Shown here: positions 56,027 to 64,000 of the stretch, one piece after another
Position numbering within the stretch: the first letter of the stretch is position 1
How the letters are laid out: every line of letters begins with the position of its first letter
Assembly (NCBI GenBank): GCA_049325595.1
Contig: JBMOLF010000012.1
Span: 12,081-76,080, forward strand
Length of the DNA: 64,000 nt
Direction of reading: 5' to 3'
From: Candidatus Babelota bacterium
GTDB taxonomy: Bacteria; Babelota; Babeliae; Babelales; Vermiphilaceae
The notes under the pieces: generated by a model
What the model was told of the DNA's origin: nothing
What the model saw: the letters and a program-made list of their open reading frames with translations, nothing else
Databases searched by the model: none
Made by a program: the position numbers and the translations under genes

Positions 56027-57412
56027 ATGTTGTATAGATTAAGGGGGTTAGTGCTGCTTTTTTTTCTACTATTTCTTCATAACACGGTTCAAGCAGACTA
56101 TAAAAATTCATTATTATTTAATAGTTCTCAATTATTAGGACAAATTCCTTTTTTGGTTTCTAGTAAGGATTGTTGTGCAGAGCAGATTATTAATGGTGGT
56201 TATTATTTGTATTTGTTGCGATATGCTATGGGGTCTAACATAAATAGTATACCTCAAACACACCAAGAGCATTTAAAAATAATAATTGATGTAATGTGGT
56301 ACTTGTATGCTACTGCCTTAAACAAAAACCAACCATTTGATCATGGAACATTGGTAATTAAAGATAGTGGATTTGCTCTTTATAATTTTTTACTGTCATA
56401 CGTTAAGCGATGTAATAAAAAAATTAGGGGAACGTTAAAAGACAATGCAAGTTGGATAAGCTTTAATCCATTTGCCTATCCTCGAGCATCTACACACTTT
56501 GCTAAATCGCAACATCAGTTTCGCCAATATGGTATAGACATACGGTTGAACAAAAATGACAAGGTATGTGCGGCATTACCGTCAAATAAGTGCCATATTT
56601 TATTTGGTATTGTTGATGCGAGTCTGCAACTAATATTTATTAAACTTGAACATCACGGCATATATGCTTATGACGGATGGTTTGGCCACACTTCTGGCTT
56701 TATTGCTTCGCGTATTCGACACGCTTTGCCAACTTTTGAAAAGATCTTGCCAACCACTTGGTATGCTTGGATTGAGCAAAAAGTAGGTCATAATGATGAT
56801 CCTGCAAGCCGACGTGAGCGAGTACCGGTAGCAATAAAACGTCAATTTAAAAAAATATTAAATAGAACAAATATGACGCCGATAAGAAAAAAATATTGCA
56901 TCAGAACTGTTGATGAATATGGCATTCGCGCACTTGAGGCCTTTGCTAAAGAGAAAATGTGTTATATTGCGGATGTAATGAAACATTGTGCGACTAAACA
57001 ACAGTTATCAATAGCGTGGCTGCCAGAAAGTTTTCTGGTTGATCTAAACAACTTTCTTAATGCATTAAAAATCGAGTATGATTATCTTCCTTTGCGTACC
57101 GGTAGAGAAGTAATTGTCGATGATTCTGAATTGCTAACATCTTTATATTATTATTTATTAATAACAGATAAGAGCAAGGCACTGGTATTAAAACCTTTTT
57201 TTGATAATTTACTCCAATTTCGTCTTAATCTAAGGGCAGTGCGCAAATTAATCGCTGACGGGTATGCAGATGCATCACGCGCGCCGCTATCTATTGCGTA
57301 TGAAATGTTAATAAGAAACATGAAATATTTTACGTATCAAAATGTAGAAATAATAAAGCTCATATCGCCCCAAATTGCAGATACATTATATAAAGAGATT
57401 TTTTCAAATTGA
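56027..57412 (+). CDS. Exported protein carrying the shared MWY/AYxRxSxH/RxERVP/RxGxE domain (paralog A)
   Basis: Signal peptide ending VQA; motifs shared with the 57498 and 61090 genes. Confidence 0.8.
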   Translation: MLYRLRGLVLLFFLLFLHNTVQADYKNSLLFNSSQLLGQIPFLVSSKDCCAEQIINGGYYLYLLRYAMGSNINSIPQTHQEHLKIIIDVMWYLYATALNKNQPFDHGTLVIKDSGFALYNFLLSYVKRCNKKIRGTLKDNASWISFNPFAYPRASTHFAKSQHQFRQYGIDIRLNKNDKVCAALPSNKCHILFGIVDASLQLIFIKLEHHGIYAYDGWFGHTSGFIASRIRHALPTFEKILPTTWYAWIEQKVGHNDDPASRRERVPVAIKRQFKKILNRTNMTPIRKKYCIRTVDEYGIRALEAFAKEKMCYIADVMKHCATKQQLSIAWLPESFLVDLNNFLNALKIEYDYLPLRTGREVIVDDSELLTSLYYYLLITDKSKALVLKPFFDNLLQFRLNLRAVRKLIADGYADASRAPLSIAYEMLIRNMKYFTYQNVEIIKLISPQIADTLYKEIFSN

Positions 57413-57497
57413 AGATAAATAAATTGTGACTATTGTTGACTTGTTTTATTTGTCACGGTTATTTTTGTGTTGAAGCGATCTAAAAAAAGAGGAGAGT

Positions 57498-60128
57498 ATG
57501 AAAAAATTAATCTGTTTTTATATAATGCTCATTGTACCTTATTTTTCTTATGCTGTTCGTCCAATACAATCACTCTGGAAAGTAGTTACCCCTGAATTTA
57601 TTGCTAAAGTTCAAGCGAGTGAACCACTCATAAAAAGTGAATCAATAAAACTAGCTACGTTGTCTGGGTTGCCTGATACTATAGGTATTATTGTAACTGA
57701 TGATAAATCAAAAATCCCATTAAAATCAGTAAGTGATCCGGTTAGTACATATTATCAATCATTTCAAAATTTTTTAATTGCCGTGGGTCCGCATATTCCT
57801 CTTACCAAGGAACAGAATAAAAAAGTTCAGTCTCAAAAAATTCAATATTTACGGCGACAGCAACCTGAAGAAATTAAAAAACTGTACAATAATGCCTTAT
57901 TAATTACCTATCACATAGATTCACCTGTCGGATTTACGACATTAATCAATGCTATTAATGAGGCATTTAAAAAAGATAATATTGCGCCTAGGATTGTAAT
58001 AATTGCATATGGTGAAAATGCTTCTTTGGTAAATCAAGCACTTCGTGCTATAGATCCAGAAAAGCCAATTAATATGCTTGTGTATCTGCAATCGCCAATT
58101 TATGAATATATGTGGGATCCACTGCGTGGTTATACTAATGTTCCAAAGCAAACTCCAGTCAATTTTTTAAAGCTTATTAATATTTACACCAAAGCTGAAA
58201 ATCCGGTTTCTTTACAGTATTTAGCTCTTTATCCTGATAGAAAATATCGCGCTCAAATAAATGTTGAGGGAAATAAGTTCCAAAATAAAGTTATTAATGT
58301 TAACGCCATCAAAATAAATAAAAATGGTGAACTCGAAGAACTTCCTACCTCTGATTTTGCAACTAATCTTTTTATGAGTAACTTGGCTTGGCTTATTGAA
58401 CAGTTAAAAACTTACCAAGTAAACTCTGATTTAATGGCTCAACTCTGGAGCGAGCAAAAAGATCGAGGCCAAAAAAAAGGATCTGTTTTTGTTAACAGAT
58501 TTGTTAATATATCTGCTAATGGTGATCTTACCATTAAGTATGGCGATGGCCAAAAGCAAGAATATGTGCTTATCCCTGAAATTAAACTCTCAACCCAAGT
58601 GCTTGATTTTATAAAAAATGGCTTTACTAAAGAATTAAATGAAAGCTGGTCTCAGCTTCGAAATATTTTTGATACATCGGCGATTGAAGGTTGGAAACCA
58701 TATTATTTTGGTGGGTCTAAAATGGCAGCCGATATAGCGCGCATAAAAGATCAACACACCAAAGAATTTAATTCTCCGTTATATTTACAACCATATAAAA
58801 TTGTTGATCTATTAAATAACAAACAAAACGAATTGCAAGAATTACTACAAAAGTTAGATAATCCTGTTTCATTATCTTATGCCATTAACAAGATTATATT
58901 AGGAGGGGATTATATTTTTCAACTTCTTTTTCAAAATAATTTGCAAAATGTACCAACCAAAACGCAAGATGAATATCTTCAATCTATCATTGCGATAATG
59001 TGGTATTTGTACAGCCTAGCAATCAATAAAAACCAAGGGTTTACCGAAGGTGCCTTTGTTATTGAAGATAAAGATTTTAAGCTTTACAACTTTTTGATGG
59101 GCTATGTAAAAAAAGTAAATCCGAGCATAATGGGTACTATAAATGATCCTGCGCGGGCATCAGCCGATAATCCGTTTGCCTATTCGCGCGTCTCATCGCA
59201 TTACAAGTTAGAACAAAAACAACATCGACAATATGGTATTGATATTCGGATTGATAAAAATAGCGAAGCTTTACCATTACTACCAATTGGTAAGCGGCAT
59301 TTAGTATTTGGTATTATCGATCAAGCAAGAAATTTATTATATTTAAAACCTGAAAATTATGGCATTTTTACGTTTTATGAAAAAGCCATGCATGGTAAAG
59401 AATTTGGCGTAGCTCAAGCAGTTAAACTATTACCTAAAATGAAAAATATTTTATCAGAGCCATGGTATAAAGCTTTTGAAGATTATATCGGCACTGATGA
59501 TGATAAGCTCTATCGCAAAGAGCGAGTTCCACTAAAATTTATACTTGACTTTAAAGAAATTATAAAAACTCTATGTGAAGCGCCAGAAGATTATAAAGCT
59601 AAGATGAATGGTGTAGCGCATAAGGGAATACAATATATTTTTGGCATAAAGCAGAGCTATATAGTAGCCCAATTACGACAAGAGTTAGACTCATTATATG
59701 ATTATCTTTATTTGCGAACAGGACGTGAAATAATATTAACTTATGACGAGTTAAGCTCTTCACTTTATTATCATTTATTGCGTATTAATAATGATAAAAT
59801 GCCAGAAGCAAAAATACTTTTTAATACAATAATAGAGCTTAAAAATAGTATTTCGCAGTTAAAGCAAAAGAAATTTGAACAACGAAACTTGCTCAATATA
59901 ACAATACCGCCTATTAGTAACTCATTACAAAAAATACGAGATTTAGCTGGTGCATTTAATAAAGTTAAACCGCAATTTATTGAGCAATGGTCACCCGGAG
60001 TTTATAACTATATAAACCAAGTACAAAGTAGGTTGCAGGAGGCGCTTAATGCGGATGATAAGATTGCTTTTACTGCATTAACTGGTCTAGGCACTTTATT
60101 TGATAGTCGGTTGTGGATTAAGCAGTAA
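57498..60128 (+). CDS. Large exported protein: N-terminal hydrolase-like region plus the shared effector-like domain (paralog B)
   Basis: Signal peptide ending SYA; GAGGAG RBS; IMWYLY, AYSRVSSH, QYGIDIR, KPENYG, RKERVP, LRTGRE. Confidence 0.8.
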   Translation: MKKLICFYIMLIVPYFSYAVRPIQSLWKVVTPEFIAKVQASEPLIKSESIKLATLSGLPDTIGIIVTDDKSKIPLKSVSDPVSTYYQSFQNFLIAVGPHIPLTKEQNKKVQSQKIQYLRRQQPEEIKKLYNNALLITYHIDSPVGFTTLINAINEAFKKDNIAPRIVIIAYGENASLVNQALRAIDPEKPINMLVYLQSPIYEYMWDPLRGYTNVPKQTPVNFLKLINIYTKAENPVSLQYLALYPDRKYRAQINVEGNKFQNKVINVNAIKINKNGELEELPTSDFATNLFMSNLAWLIEQLKTYQVNSDLMAQLWSEQKDRGQKKGSVFVNRFVNISANGDLTIKYGDGQKQEYVLIPEIKLSTQVLDFIKNGFTKELNESWSQLRNIFDTSAIEGWKPYYFGGSKMAADIARIKDQHTKEFNSPLYLQPYKIVDLLNNKQNELQELLQKLDNPVSLSYAINKIILGGDYIFQLLFQNNLQNVPTKTQDEYLQSIIAIMWYLYSLAINKNQGFTEGAFVIEDKDFKLYNFLMGYVKKVNPSIMGTINDPARASADNPFAYSRVSSHYKLEQKQHRQYGIDIRIDKNSEALPLLPIGKRHLVFGIIDQARNLLYLKPENYGIFTFYEKAMHGKEFGVAQAVKLLPKMKNILSEPWYKAFEDYIGTDDDKLYRKERVPLKFILDFKEIIKTLCEAPEDYKAKMNGVAHKGIQYIFGIKQSYIVAQLRQELDSLYDYLYLRTGREIILTYDELSSSLYYHLLRINNDKMPEAKILFNTIIELKNSISQLKQKKFEQRNLLNITIPPISNSLQKIRDLAGAFNKVKPQFIEQWSPGVYNYINQVQSRLQEALNADDKIAFTALTGLGTLFDSRLWIKQ

Positions 60129-60932
60129 CCTAAAAGAATCGACCATATTTAATGTAATTATTTCTTGGTTTATTTCTACAGGAACTGGATTTGCCAGTTC
60201 CTGTTTCCATTTTGCTACGTAATATTGTGCATGTTGTTGGGCAATTTCATGAATTAATCCATCCGATTGATTGTCTTGTGTATAAAGTTTTTTAAAAATC
60301 TTCATTTTTTCATCAAATGGCAGAAAACGTGTTGCGTAATGTAGTAAATGATTGCGCAAAGTTATATGATCTTCTTTGTGTATATGATCAATAGTCTGAT
60401 TGATATGATCATTCTTATAAAGTTTATGTAAACTCATTACTGTAAGTGGATATACCATATTTGTTTGTGCTACATCAAAATTATCTGAGGTATACCAATG
60501 ACCGTAATTTACCAATTCTTGTAAAATGTCATTGTATCCTTGATCAGATATAATAGTTTCAAGCAATGATGAGTTTTCTCGTTTATGTAAAAAGTTAGCG
60601 CCGTATGTTAACAATAGACGCGTGATTTTTAAGTTTTTTTGACAGGATGCAATCCATAATGGTGTAGCTCCTAATGCATCTGAGGCTTCTAAATTGGCAT
60701 TATTCTTAATTAAGCATTTTGCGGACTCAAGGGCATCATAATAAACTGCTGCAAATAAGGGTGTTACTCCGTGATTGTTGGTTTCGTTAATATCATGTCC
60801 TTTATCTAAGAGCTGTTGCAATGCGATGACATTATTCGTGCGGGCTGCTTCGATTAATGGGGTTATGGATATTTCTTGAGCAGTTATGCAGAGCTGAAAT
60901 AGTAACAAGTTATAGACTATTAGTTTTTTCAT
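60096..60932 (-). CDS. Exported ankyrin-repeat protein
   Basis: TPLIEAA, NNHGVTPLFAAV, DALGATPLWIAS...LLLTYGAN. Confidence 0.88.
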   Translation of the reverse strand: MKKLIVYNLLLFQLCITAQEISITPLIEAARTNNVIALQQLLDKGHDINETNNHGVTPLFAAVYYDALESAKCLIKNNANLEASDALGATPLWIASCQKNLKITRLLLTYGANFLHKRENSSLLETIISDQGYNDILQELVNYGHWYTSDNFDVAQTNMVYPLTVMSLHKLYKNDHINQTIDHIHKEDHITLRNHLLHYATRFLPFDEKMKIFKKLYTQDNQSDGLIHEIAQQHAQYYVAKWKQELANPVPVEINQEIITLNMVDSFRLLLNPQPTIK

Positions 60933-61089
60933 GATTCACCTTTAATATTCTGGCTTTTTGAAATTTTTATCTGATAAATTATAGTAATAATAACTTATAT
61001 TATTACTGCATTAATTTGCAAATTGAACAAAACGGTTTACACTTACAGCATTGTTATGGAATATCTCTTTTTTTAGAGCAAGAGGCTAT

Positions 61090-62964
61090 ATGATTTGCCG
61101 GTTTATTTTGTGTATTTTTTTGTTTAGTAGTACTACTTATTCTATGCAAGACTCATTAATTTTACCAAGCAAATTACAAGTACAGCATCAACGGTTTACC
61201 GATTTAGATAAACATATTACTTATACACAAAACGATCTTCAAGTTAGCATTGCAAAAGCTTATGGCTTATTAAGAAACACAAAAAAATTTAACTATTCTC
61301 AACAAGCAACTAATTGGTTTTTAAAGAAAAACGACATTAAACTATTAAATTCATCCAGATCACAAAGCATAACACATAATTCCTTACGTTCTTTGCATGC
61401 TGCAGATTGTTCATGCAATCATTGCAATCTGAGTCAAGCAAGAAAAGCGCTCTTTGCTAACCTTAATGCTGATATTAAAGAGGTGTCGTTATTGTCTGAA
61501 TCAATAACATCTAGCAATTCAATTAACCAAGATGCTATAGATGATCATCCACTTGCAAGAGCACAATTTCTTGATGAAGAAATAGAACAATTAAGTAACT
61601 CAATGCCATCGATAAATGAAAGTGAGTCGCAATCTGAATTTAAAATGAGTTTCCAAGAGATTCAGGACAACAAAGATAATTTGCTCTTAAGCATTCCCGA
61701 TGACTATAAAGAAACATTTGTACGTTATAGCAAAAAACAGCTTTATGAGATTCAAGATCATGTCATTAAAGGTGGCGCTTTATTTTATCAGCTACAGCAT
61801 AATGCAAATATTCTGGAACTTGAAAAAGAAAAATTAGACAAAGCAACTGAACCAGAAAAGGACGAAGCACGTAAACAATATTTACGCTCTATTGTTGATT
61901 TAATGTGGTATTTTTATCATGAATCAAGTAGAAAAAAAGAAGCATATGAAGAGGGTATGTTTGTATTGAGCGATCCTAATGGTATTGTATACAATTACTT
62001 ACTTAATTATGCAAAAGGGGTTAATCCTAAAATTAAGGGAACCTTAGAAGATCCAGCATTATTACATGCCGATAATCCTTTTGCTTATCCGCGCGCTACT
62101 TCTCATTTAAAAGATATCAATGCGCGGGCTTATGCCATTGATATACGTTTTGACAAAAATGAATCTTCCAAGGCTAATTTACCGGCTCAAAAAAGAACCT
62201 TCTTTTTTGAATATGATGGTAAAAATTTGTATGGAAAACTTGAAAATTATGGCCTTGCGCCGTCAGAAGCCATTTATCATCTAGGTGAGTTGGGTGTTGC
62301 GCAGCTCAGAAAAATACCATTAACCAAAAAATATTTAGGCGGTGATGACCAAGAATCATATCGTAAAGAACGAGTTCCTGCTGATTTTATTCGTAAAATA
62401 AAACCATGGTTGCAAACAAAACCACTATCAGATGAAGAAAAAGAAAAGATTTTTAATCATATTAAAAAAATTGGATACAAGGCTTTATTTGAAAGTGATA
62501 TTATTGCTTTGGGTGAATCTCTTATTGATGAGGAGGAAAAGGATCAAGATCATTTTCCATCAAGAAGAGGCCACGAAACTATTTTGTTTCATGAACTTTG
62601 CTCGGCTTTGTATTATAAATTATATACTGAGAAAAATGCACATGCGCCAGAAGTTAAAAAGCTTTTTGACGGATTAAATCAAATCCAATTAATGCTCAAG
62701 GAACTTAAAAAACCCTGCGATTTGAATGAGCAGCTGCAAAAGGTAAATATTTTAGAAGAAATAGTGCAACAAAAGCTTTCTACAGAACAAATAAAAGTTT
62801 TAAGAAACTATAACACATCAATCTTTGATTATGTAATGTCTATTCATTTGTTTTTACAAAAAGCTTTGTCGCAAACTAATTTGCAGGATAAAGTGAAAAA
62901 CCTCACGCCGCGCCATGGTATTTTTGAGGTTGTACATGAACAAATGAATCGAGTTCAAGCGTAG
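61090..62964 (+). CDS. Exported protein carrying the shared effector-like domain (paralog C)
   Basis: Start ATG 61090 (GAGG RBS), signal ...TYS|MQD; LMWYFY, AYPRATSH, YAIDIR, KLENYG, RKERVP, RRGHE. Confidence 0.8.
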   Translation: MICRFILCIFLFSSTTYSMQDSLILPSKLQVQHQRFTDLDKHITYTQNDLQVSIAKAYGLLRNTKKFNYSQQATNWFLKKNDIKLLNSSRSQSITHNSLRSLHAADCSCNHCNLSQARKALFANLNADIKEVSLLSESITSSNSINQDAIDDHPLARAQFLDEEIEQLSNSMPSINESESQSEFKMSFQEIQDNKDNLLLSIPDDYKETFVRYSKKQLYEIQDHVIKGGALFYQLQHNANILELEKEKLDKATEPEKDEARKQYLRSIVDLMWYFYHESSRKKEAYEEGMFVLSDPNGIVYNYLLNYAKGVNPKIKGTLEDPALLHADNPFAYPRATSHLKDINARAYAIDIRFDKNESSKANLPAQKRTFFFEYDGKNLYGKLENYGLAPSEAIYHLGELGVAQLRKIPLTKKYLGGDDQESYRKERVPADFIRKIKPWLQTKPLSDEEKEKIFNHIKKIGYKALFESDIIALGESLIDEEEKDQDHFPSRRGHETILFHELCSALYYKLYTEKNAHAPEVKKLFDGLNQIQLMLKELKKPCDLNEQLQKVNILEEIVQQKLSTEQIKVLRNYNTSIFDYVMSIHLFLQKALSQTNLQDKVKNLTPRHGIFEVVHEQMNRVQA

Positions 62965-63199
62965 ACAAAAAATAAGCTGTAGCTATTGCGTATCATTAAG
63001 TTCACTAATAATAACTCTGCTGTTACCTTTTACTGCTGTTGGGAAAAACTGTTTTAAATTATGTCCTTTAACTTTTAACCAGATCATTTTTTTAATAAGT
63101 TGCACCATAACTTATTTATTGTTTGCTGATGCTCTAAAGCAATGGTATAACCGGTCTTATAATCATTAAAAAAACTCGTATAAATATTCACTTTCTCCA

Positions 63200-63227
63200 T
63201 TGACAATTATTCTATTTGTAATATAAT
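63200..63227 (+). promoter_or_regulatory. Consensus sigma70 promoter
   Basis: TTGACA-N16-TATAAT, followed by GGAGG RBS and ATG 63251. Confidence 0.75.
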
Positions 63228-63250
63228 GGTTGTAAATGGAGGTTAATAAT

Positions 63251-63895
63251 ATGAAATTCGTATCTTTATTCTTATCAATGGGCATTCTTTTTACTGGTTT
63301 TATTGGCAGTAATCTTAACGCTCACTTTTTTAAAGTAAAACGATGGGCAAATGGCTCACATGAAATTGTTACCGTAAGTGACTATCACACTAGTTTTGGC
63401 ACTGAAAATAAAATTGGTGCAGAACAACGTAAAGATTTAGTTGCAGCAGCAAAGCTTTTAGATGCGGTAGTTATTGCTGAAGATATGTTAATTGCAAAAA
63501 AACGATTAACAGAAAATCCTCGTGAATATCACAAAACTAATCAAATAGTTTCTATTGAATCGGTAAATAAAGTTGCACCTGAAAAAACACCATTATACGG
63601 ATTAGTTTCAGCATGTGATCATGCTGGTGTAAAAGCATTTAATGCGGAGTTTAGACAGGCAAAACGTGGCTCTTTTGATGGCTTTATACAAGCTGAAGAT
63701 GCAGTTGCAGCGTCTGAATCAGTATTAAATGAAATTAAAAGTTACCGTGATGGTAAAACATTTGATAATTTTTATCGAACATTTTTAAATCGTTATGAAA
63801 AAGAAATTTATAAACCTTGTAAGTCGGTGTTAAATTTTGCCGCCCAAAACAAAGGAACTTTTTCTGAGCTTATTAAGAGCTTATCCGAAAATTAA
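63251..63895 (+). CDS. Exported hypothetical protein, possibly C-terminally disrupted
   Basis: GGAGG RBS, signal peptide ending LNA; SDYH, VIAED, NAEFRQ motifs; coding-like sequence continues in another frame. Confidence 0.6.
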   Translation: MKFVSLFLSMGILFTGFIGSNLNAHFFKVKRWANGSHEIVTVSDYHTSFGTENKIGAEQRKDLVAAAKLLDAVVIAEDMLIAKKRLTENPREYHKTNQIVSIESVNKVAPEKTPLYGLVSACDHAGVKAFNAEFRQAKRGSFDGFIQAEDAVAASESVLNEIKSYRDGKTFDNFYRTFLNRYEKEIYKPCKSVLNFAAQNKGTFSELIKSLSEN

Positions 63896-64000
63896 ATAGA
63901 TAGGAGCGCCTTCTTGATTTATTGGCTAAAATAGCCAGTGAACAACAAAAAAAAGGAAACGCTCCGATGCTTATGATATCAGATAATGTATGGAATGAAA

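Noticed and set aside
847..62677. Numerous 60-160-aa ORFs antisense to or nested in long genes (e.g. 9284..9763, 20526..20951, 29599..29976, 50356..50694)
   Set aside because: They are shadow frames of well-supported genes with no recognisable motifs.
62983..63108. 41-codon minus-strand ORF (MVQLIKKMIWLKVKG...)
   Set aside because: No RBS and no recognisable motif; it may be a decayed fragment but cannot be supported.
1..64000. CRISPR array, transposase, integrase or prophage
   Set aside because: No regularly spaced direct repeats or mobile-element proteins were seen, and no duplicated tRNA 3' end (att site) was noticed by eye.

Overview
This is an AT-rich, compact bacterial chromosome segment. 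It most likely comes from an obligate intracellular protist parasite of Ca. Dependentiae/Babelota (TM6). That placement is an inference from the many signal-peptide-bearing ankyrin, WD40 and hypothetical proteins arranged in tandem paralog clusters and from salvage-type metabolism; no database search was run. Housekeeping genes include upp, pheT, lspA, pgpA, comF-like, PrsA/SurA-like chaperones, sbcD, glmU, mreB, rsmA, uppS, gpsA, PBP1A, murG and DciA-like, plus tRNA-Ser(CGA) and RNase P RNA. Among them are clusters of apparently exported proteins: 3 AAA+ ATPases, 3 GNATs, 3 HAD-like proteins, 3 ankyrin-like proteins, 5 small beta-rich paralogs interrupted by an orphan Ku gene, and 3 large proteins sharing a conserved effector-like domain. 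The most notable signal is absent from the ORF track. It is a 28-codon leader peptide ending HHRHHHS, upstream of a sodium:solute symporter, and its His codons are themselves complementary to the symporter's RBS and start codon. This suggests a histidine-sensing translational attenuator controlling a transporter. A second symporter has a weaker Phe-rich leader ORF. No CRISPR array, transposase or prophage was seen.
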